Of a stretch of 64,000 bases of DNA, positions 57,896 through 64,000 are shown one piece after another (position 1 is the stretch's first letter; the number at the start of each line of letters is the position of its first letter). The stretch is from positions 10,458-74,457 of the forward strand of contig JAUQVK010000044.1 of the NCBI GenBank assembly GCA_039794845.1. Direction: 5' to 3'. The notes under the pieces were generated by a model. It ran no database searches. It worked only from the letters and a program-made list of their open reading frames with translations, and was not told where the DNA came from. The translations under genes and the position numbers were made by a program. Source of the DNA: Thermostichus sp. DRC_bins_24 (GTDB taxonomy: Bacteria; Cyanobacteriota; Cyanobacteriia; Thermostichales; Thermostichaceae).

Positions 57896-59008
57896 ATGTC
57901 GCACTCACCCATTATGCCCAGCGTTCCCCTTTCCACCGCCAGCGATGGCGACGGACTAGGAGCCAGTCCGCAGAGCCGTTTGTTACAGGCTGCACGGGGA
58001 GAAGCGTTGGATCGTCCTCCGGTTTGGATGATGCGGCAGGCGGGTCGGTACATGGCGGTTTATCGGGAGCTCCAGAGCAAATACACCTTTAAGCAGCGCT
58101 GTGAGATCCCGGAGTTGGCGATCGAGATCTCGTTGCAACCGTTTCGAGCCTTTGCCCCCGACGGTGTGATCATGTTCAGCGATATCCTCACCCCCCTCGA
58201 GGGCATGGGGATCCCGTTTGAGTTGGTGGAGCACCAAGGGCCGGTAATTGACCCGCCGATTCGCTCACAGGCGCAAATTGACGCCATCCGTCTGCTGGAG
58301 CCGGAAGAAAGCCTGCCCTTTATCAAAACCATTCTGCAAACCCTGCGCCGCGAAGTCGAAGGGAAAGCAACGCTGTTGGGGTTTGTCGGATCCCCGTGGA
58401 CCTTGGCCTGCTACGCCGTCGAGGGTCGCAGCTCCAAAGATTACGCCCACATCAAGAGCTTGGCCTTTACCCAGCCGCAGCTGTTGCATCAACTGCTGAG
58501 TAAGTTGGCGGATAGCATCGCCCGCTACGTGGTCTACCAGATCGAGTGTGGCGCGCAGGTGGTGCAGTTGTTCGATACCTGGGCCGGACAGCTCAGCCCG
58601 ACGGATTACGACCGCTGGGCCCTGCCTTACCAGAAGCAAATCGTGGATCAGGTGAAAGCCCGGTATCCGCAGGTGCCGCTGGTGCTCTACATCAACGGCA
58701 GTGCCGGGTTGCTAGAGCGAGTCGGTCGGGCCGGGATCGACATTTTCAGCCTCGACTGGATGAGCGATATGGCAGAGGCGCGAGCCCGCTTGGGATCCCT
58801 AGCCGTTCAGGGCAATCTCGACCCGATGGTATTGCTGGGATCCCCGCAGTTGATTCGGCAACGCACCCTGGAGGTGATCCAAAAAGCCGGATCCCGTGGG
58901 CACATCATGAATTTGGGCCATGGCGTTCATCAGACCACTCCAGAGGCGAATGTCCACCATTTCTTCGAGACCGTGCGCCGGTCGGCAGAGTTGCTAAAAG
59001 CCCTCTGA
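57896..59008 (+). CDS. hemE: Uroporphyrinogen decarboxylase
   Basis: [28 protein letters not shown]. Confidence 0.96.
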   Translation: MSHSPIMPSVPLSTASDGDGLGASPQSRLLQAARGEALDRPPVWMMRQAGRYMAVYRELQSKYTFKQRCEIPELAIEISLQPFRAFAPDGVIMFSDILTPLEGMGIPFELVEHQGPVIDPPIRSQAQIDAIRLLEPEESLPFIKTILQTLRREVEGKATLLGFVGSPWTLACYAVEGRSSKDYAHIKSLAFTQPQLLHQLLSKLADSIARYVVYQIECGAQVVQLFDTWAGQLSPTDYDRWALPYQKQIVDQVKARYPQVPLVLYINGSAGLLERVGRAGIDIFSLDWMSDMAEARARLGSLAVQGNLDPMVLLGSPQLIRQRTLEVIQKAGSRGHIMNLGHGVHQTTPEANVHHFFETVRRSAELLKAL

Positions 59009-59124
59009 TTGCCCTCTGATTGCCAGGTTGTGAACGACTCCCGACACTATCGCGGGGCTTCCCGCCGAATATGCCAAAGGGATCCCCCCAAGCTCTCACC
59101 AGCAGGAAAGTGTGGAGATAGGAT

Positions 59125-59610
59125 GTGAGGGATCCTGAATCCTCCCCACCGAGACCTGTGGCGTTTTCTTCTCCCCGCAAGTTTCCCCGGCAAAAACAGG
59201 TGCTACGTGTCGCTCAGCCGATCGAGCCCACCAAGATCTACCCCTGTCCATGCTGCCATCAGGGTCAGTTGCGTCTGATCACCTTAACCGAGGCGCTCGG
59301 GTGCAGCCGTTGCCAGCACATTTTTGCCATTACCCCCGATCACCAGCACATCGAGCAACTGGCGGTTTCTTACCCCTATCGCAAAATTTGGTTCTGGAAC
59401 GGCTACCAATGGGTGCTGCGGCGAGAACATACCCCGCAGGGATCCGCCCTCTTGGGCCTCACCCTCAGCTTGGGGGTGGTTTTGGTGGTTGGGTTTATCG
59501 GTGCGATGTTATTCCCGAACCAAACGCAGTTGCTCAGTTGGTTCATCATTCTTTGCCTGTTGCTAACTCTGTTGATGGTGACGGCAATCCTGCTCCTACG
59601 GCGGCCTTGA
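59125..59610 (+). CDS. Zn-ribbon plus two-TM hypothetical protein
   Basis: CPCC...LTEALGCSRCQHIF; two C-terminal TMs. Confidence 0.65.
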   Translation: MRDPESSPPRPVAFSSPRKFPRQKQVLRVAQPIEPTKIYPCPCCHQGQLRLITLTEALGCSRCQHIFAITPDHQHIEQLAVSYPYRKIWFWNGYQWVLRREHTPQGSALLGLTLSLGVVLVVGFIGAMLFPNQTQLLSWFIILCLLLTLLMVTAILLLRRP

Positions 59611-59723
59611 AGCCGGGTACCGGCCATTCAACCCAAGGATCCGCAGCTTCAACACTTGTGGATAGAGCCATTTCCTGTTAGCAGTGGTCTGGGGAAGCCA
59701 GCGGATCTGTCTCTGACAAGCCA

Positions 59724-61067
59724 GTGGGAGAAGTTAAAGTGACAGATTTCGGTCAAGACTTTGACTTAAGCACCACTCTGCGCCAGGTACGCCGTCTGTT
59801 ACCGCAGCTGCAGCGGTTGAGCAGCCAAACCAAGCGTCAGGCTCTCTTGGCTCTTTCAGAACGGTTGCTGGAGCGCTCGGATTTATTGCTTGAGGCCAAT
59901 ACCCTCGACCTAGAAAGTTGCCGCGAGCAGACGGTGCCGGAGTGGATCCTCAACGGCATGAAGCTCACCCCCGAGCGCCTGCAGCGATCCGCCCAGTTAC
60001 TTGCCATTCTCGCCCAACAGCCGGATCCGATCGGCAGTATGGAAGGGGGGCACCGACAGGAAAATGGGCTGCTGATTAGCCGCTACCGCGTGCCCTTGGG
60101 CCTGATCGCGCTGGTGTATGAGATTTACCCGGAGTTTGCCCTGAATGGCATTGGCATGGCTCTAAAAGCCGGCAACGGGGTCGTTTTGGCGGGCAGCGGC
60201 CCAATCCAAAAAACCCACCAGGCAATCGTGGAACTGCTGGCAGAAACCGCCTACGAACACGGGATCCCCGAAGGGGCGATTCAATCGTGCTCCGCACGAC
60301 CCAGAGGGTCATCCTTACCCGCTCAAGATCTGACGGCAGATCCGCAAGAGGATTCTCCCCTGTTGCCGCTGCTTCAGCAAACCCGCTACGTGGATTTGGT
60401 GATTCCCTGCGGTCGTCCTGGATGGGTAGAGTTTCTGCTGCAAGCCAGCAAAGTGCCAATTCTGATGACCCACCTGGGCTACGGCCATATCTATCTGGAT
60501 CGCACCGCCCCCTGGCCCCTGGTGAAATCTGTCCTGCTGGACCATCTGGCTCAGTATGGCTCGGAAGGGATCCCGATTTATCAACCCCTCACCCTGTGGC
60601 TGCTGATCCACCCCGACTGGGCGGCGGCCCATCTGGCAAAACTGATCGAGACTTTGCTTCGCCAAGGGATCGATGTGCAAGCGGCAGCTCCGATTTTGGA
60701 ACAGTTCCCGGAACTGCACCCAATCGGGGAAGGCTTTGACTCCACCGAACGGCCCCATCTACGCCTGCAACCGATCCCAGATCTGACAGAGGCAATCACC
60801 TGGATTAACAAAAATGGCTACCATCAATCGGAGACGATCCTCACCGACAGTCAATCGGCAGCCCAGCGCTTCTTGCAGGAAGTGGATGCCGCCCTGATCC
60901 ACATCAACATCTCACCGCTGTCGGCAGGACGAGGGGCAGGGATCCCAACCTTAGGGGCTTTTCGAGATCTGTCTCTGGGCATTTCTACGCAACGACTGCA
61001 CGTGCGCGGCCCAATCAACCTCGAAGCCTTGACAACCGTGAAGGTGGTGGCCCAGGGTGGCCTGTAA
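59724..61067 (+). CDS. Divergent gamma-glutamyl phosphate reductase (ProA paralog)
   Basis: LLEANTLD, RVPLGLIALVYE, LKAGN, LGISTQRLHVRGP; catalytic Cys motif missing. Confidence 0.8.
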   Translation: MGEVKVTDFGQDFDLSTTLRQVRRLLPQLQRLSSQTKRQALLALSERLLERSDLLLEANTLDLESCREQTVPEWILNGMKLTPERLQRSAQLLAILAQQPDPIGSMEGGHRQENGLLISRYRVPLGLIALVYEIYPEFALNGIGMALKAGNGVVLAGSGPIQKTHQAIVELLAETAYEHGIPEGAIQSCSARPRGSSLPAQDLTADPQEDSPLLPLLQQTRYVDLVIPCGRPGWVEFLLQASKVPILMTHLGYGHIYLDRTAPWPLVKSVLLDHLAQYGSEGIPIYQPLTLWLLIHPDWAAAHLAKLIETLLRQGIDVQAAAPILEQFPELHPIGEGFDSTERPHLRLQPIPDLTEAITWINKNGYHQSETILTDSQSAAQRFLQEVDAALIHINISPLSAGRGAGIPTLGAFRDLSLGISTQRLHVRGPINLEALTTVKVVAQGGL

Positions 61068-61154
61068 TAGGTGGATCCCGATCCGCAACTCAACCCACAG
61101 GGTAGGGCCCAACCGAGAATAGATCAGCATCCAATTGGCAAAGGGAGCACTTTT

Positions 61155-61796
61155 TTGGGGATTGACCTTCGCAGTTATGTGTTTTTGGATCGGCTGCAGC
61201 CACAATATGCTGCTTACCTGGGTACCGTAGCCTACGGCTTTTTGCCTCTACCTGGTGATACGTCTCTGTGGATCGAGATCTCCCCCGGCATTGAGATCAA
61301 CCGCATTATGGATGTGGCCCTCAAGTCCACCTCGGTAAAGCCAGGGCTACAGGTGGTGGAACGTCTCTACGGCTTGCTGGAGGTGCATTCCAGCAACCAA
61401 GGAGATACCCGTACCGCCGGGCGGGCCATTTTGGCAGCTTTGGGGGTGAGAGAACAGGAGCGCCTCAAGCCGCGCATCATCTCCAGCCAGATCATTCGCA
61501 ACATCGACCCCCACCAAACCCAGCTGATCAACCGCTCCCGTCGCGGCCAGATGCTTTTGGCCGGCCAAACCCTTTACATTTTGGAAGTGCAACCGGCAGG
61601 TTATGCCCCCCTTGCGGCCAACGAAGCGGAAAAATCCGCCCAGATCAACATCTTGGAAGTGATGCCCTTCGGCAGCTTTGGCCGCGTTTACCTGGGGGGA
61701 GAAGAGCGAGATATTTTGGCCGCCTGCCGGGCTTCGGAAGAAATTTTGGCGGGGGTTTCCGGGCGGGATCCCCTTCTGTCTGCAGAGGAGGTTTAA
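61155..61796 (+). CDS. ccmP: Carboxysome shell tandem-BMC protein CcmP
   Basis: [58 protein letters not shown] 61155 with AGGGAG. Confidence 0.88.
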   Translation: MGIDLRSYVFLDRLQPQYAAYLGTVAYGFLPLPGDTSLWIEISPGIEINRIMDVALKSTSVKPGLQVVERLYGLLEVHSSNQGDTRTAGRAILAALGVREQERLKPRIISSQIIRNIDPHQTQLINRSRRGQMLLAGQTLYILEVQPAGYAPLAANEAEKSAQINILEVMPFGSFGRVYLGGEERDILAACRASEEILAGVSGRDPLLSAEEV

Positions 61797-61799
61797 CCC

Positions 61800-62177
61800 A
61801 TGTCGGATCCCAGGCCCTCGCCCAGAGTCTCGCCTCTCCTGCAGCGCAGCGATCTGTCTCAAGCGGATCGGGTGAAGCTGTTCACCGAGCTGGCTTCTCC
61901 CTACCGTGGTTTGCGTCGCTTTGTTTACCTGGCAGTAGGATCTTCAGCCACCCTCGGGGCCTTTGTGTTTTTCTTTCGGGCCTTGGCGGGGCGAGACTTG
62001 AGCAGCACCTTGCCCAGCTTGGCTCTGCAACTGGGGATCCTCGCCGGCATGCTCGGCCTGAATCACCTGGAGAATCGCTCTCGTAAAAAGCTGGTGGGGC
62101 GGGTGGAGCAACGCCTGGGTATCCAAAACCCTCAAGATTCTGACCAGACGGCCGCCGATAGCCAGATTGCCGACTAG
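61800..62177 (+). CDS. DUF3493-family membrane protein
   Basis: ELASPYRGLRRFVY motif plus two TMs. Confidence 0.7.
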   Translation: MSDPRPSPRVSPLLQRSDLSQADRVKLFTELASPYRGLRRFVYLAVGSSATLGAFVFFFRALAGRDLSSTLPSLALQLGILAGMLGLNHLENRSRKKLVGRVEQRLGIQNPQDSDQTAADSQIAD

Positions 62178-62284
62178 CCTCGTCTTCTGGAGCAAGGTGA
62201 TAAGCCTTAAGAGATCCCCGAATTCTGAACGTGATCCTGAGCAGGAGTTGCGGGCAATGTTCCCAGGCCCCACCGACTTATGGT

Positions 62285-62350
62285 CACCCCCGGTGCCACG
62301 CTGCGGGAAGGGGGTGAGGGAGCTGTTTCAGCCCTAATGACAATGATCAC
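62285..62350. repeat. REP/MITE-like dispersed repeat, copy D (inverted, partial)
   Basis: GTGCCACGCTGCGGGAAGGGGGTGAGGGAGCTGTTTCAGCCCTAATGACAATGA, near the reverse complement of the copy B start. Confidence 0.7.
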
Positions 62351-62427
62351 AAAGGGCAAGTCCGATCCCCGTGAGCGCAACAGGCCGGCTAGGCTAGGAT
62401 GAAAGACTACAGCGCTCTTTGCAGCTC

Positions 62428-63885
62428 ATGGCCGATACCTTCCAAAGTTCAGAGGTGATTTTGTCTGCTGCTTCTGCCGAGCCTCAGGAACCGTTTCAGC
62501 CCCCTCCGCCACCTTTGCCGCTGCACACGATGTTTCGCCTAGGTCTGTTTCAGATGGGCCTGGGCATGATGTCGTTGCTCACCTTGGGGGTGCTGAACCG
62601 GGTCATGATCGATGCCGAGTTGCTGGCCATTCCGGCGACGGTGGTGGGGGGATCCCTGGCCATGCACCAGTTTGTTTCCCCCTCCCGTGTTTGGTTTGGG
62701 CAACTTTCGGATGCCAAGCCCCTGTTTGGGCTACATCGCACCGGTTATGTGCGCCTAGGGGCCGTGCTGTTTACCCTTTGCATTTTCTTGGCTGTGCAAG
62801 TGGTCTGGGGCCTGGGCGACAGCTTTGCCGCGACAGGATGGTCTTGGTCTACTTACGGCTGGATTGGGCTTACGGCCTTGATCTTCGCCCTCTACGGCCT
62901 CTGCATCGGCACCTGCTCCACACCCTTTGCGGCGCTGTTGGTGGATGTATCGGACGAAGACAATCGCTCCAAATTGGTGGGGATCGTCTGGTCGATGCTG
63001 ATGGTGGGCATTGCCGGTGGGGCCATTGGTTCGGCAGTTTTGTTGCGCGGCCTCACTCCCGAAAATCTACAAAGCACAATCAACCGGCTGTTTCTGGTGA
63101 TCCCGGCGGTGGTGATTTTGCTGGCTTTGATCGCTACTTGGGGGGTGGAAAAACGCTATTCCCGCTATGGATCTCGTTCCACGTTGGCCGGACGAGAAGA
63201 CCAGATCACCCTGGGCACCGCCCTTAAGGTGCTGACCGCCAGCCGTCAAACTCTGATCTTCTTCAGCTTTTTGGCCCTAATGACCATGGGCCTGTTTATC
63301 CAGCAGCCGGTGTTGGAGCCCTACGGTGGCGACGTGTTTGGTATGACTGTGGCCCAAAGCACCCAACTCAATGCCTTCTGGAGCTTGGGCATTTTGGCCG
63401 GGATCATGCTGACAGGTTTTTTCATCGTGCCGAAGCTGGGCAAACAAGGGGCAGCACGCCTTGGCTGTTTGTTGGTGGCGGGCTCCTTTGTATGCACCAT
63501 TTTGTCGGGATTTACGGGCAATCCGCTGCTGTTACAGCTGTGCATGATTCTGTTCGGGCTGGCCTCGGGCATCACCACCAACGGTGCGATCAGTTTGATG
63601 CTGGATTTGACGGCAGCAGAAACGGCGGGCACCTTTATCGGTGCTTGGGGCCTCTCCCAGGCGATGTCGCAGGCGCTTTCCACCCTAATTGGCGGGGTGC
63701 TGTTGGATTTGGGGCGAATGGTATTTCCATCTTCCCCCGTGCTCGCCTATGCCACTGTGTTTGGGGTAGAAGCGGCGGTGATGTTGCTGGCGGTGTATTT
63801 GTTGGGACGGGTTAGTGTGACGGAGTTTCGGGAAAATACGAGCCGCGTGTTGACGGACGTGTTGGCCCTGGAGCTGGACGGGTAG
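62428..63885 (+). CDS. BCD (PucC-like) family MFS transporter
   Basis: RLGLFQMGLG...LNRVMI, GQLSD, LEPYGG, GTFIGAWG. Confidence 0.88.
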   Translation: MADTFQSSEVILSAASAEPQEPFQPPPPPLPLHTMFRLGLFQMGLGMMSLLTLGVLNRVMIDAELLAIPATVVGGSLAMHQFVSPSRVWFGQLSDAKPLFGLHRTGYVRLGAVLFTLCIFLAVQVVWGLGDSFAATGWSWSTYGWIGLTALIFALYGLCIGTCSTPFAALLVDVSDEDNRSKLVGIVWSMLMVGIAGGAIGSAVLLRGLTPENLQSTINRLFLVIPAVVILLALIATWGVEKRYSRYGSRSTLAGREDQITLGTALKVLTASRQTLIFFSFLALMTMGLFIQQPVLEPYGGDVFGMTVAQSTQLNAFWSLGILAGIMLTGFFIVPKLGKQGAARLGCLLVAGSFVCTILSGFTGNPLLLQLCMILFGLASGITTNGAISLMLDLTAAETAGTFIGAWGLSQAMSQALSTLIGGVLLDLGRMVFPSSPVLAYATVFGVEAAVMLLAVYLLGRVSVTEFRENTSRVLTDVLALELDG

Positions 63886-64000
63886 CAGACTCCTGTTGTA
63901 CCGCATACTTGAGGTTGACTTGAGGTTGAATGGAGAAGGCCGCTGGCTGCCTTCATGTCGGAATTGATGACTACTGTGAAACCTACCGCCTCCACTTTCC

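Overview
Chromosomal segment of a cyanobacterium, most likely a hot-spring Synechococcus/Thermostichus (inferred from the dense GGGATCCC palindrome, ccmP and cyanobacterial gene families). It is mostly housekeeping: metK, cobO, moaB, moeA, glk, leuD, ureE, murD-ftsW, hemE, ccmP, transporters, a two-component pair, tRNA-Phe and tRNA-Pro. No CRISPR array, prophage or intact transposase was seen. The most notable signals lie outside the ORF track: (1) a SAM-I riboswitch upstream of metK; (2) a canonical NtcA promoter driving an NMT1/THI5-type ABC transporter; (3) a higB toxin gene broken by a single 8-bp tandem duplication, with intact higA and an operator palindrome; (4) three internally deleted IS elements that keep both ends (IS4 with a nested 150-bp MITE, IS701, and an IS200/IS605 tnpB mini-element that may still encode an omegaRNA); (5) a four-copy REP/MITE-like repeat family; (6) a recurring pattern of 8-16 bp tandem duplications; (7) a ProA paralog lacking the catalytic Cys next to ccmP; (8) an isolated mrpC-mrpD pair with a structured leader. 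Family assignments come from motif recognition, not database searches.
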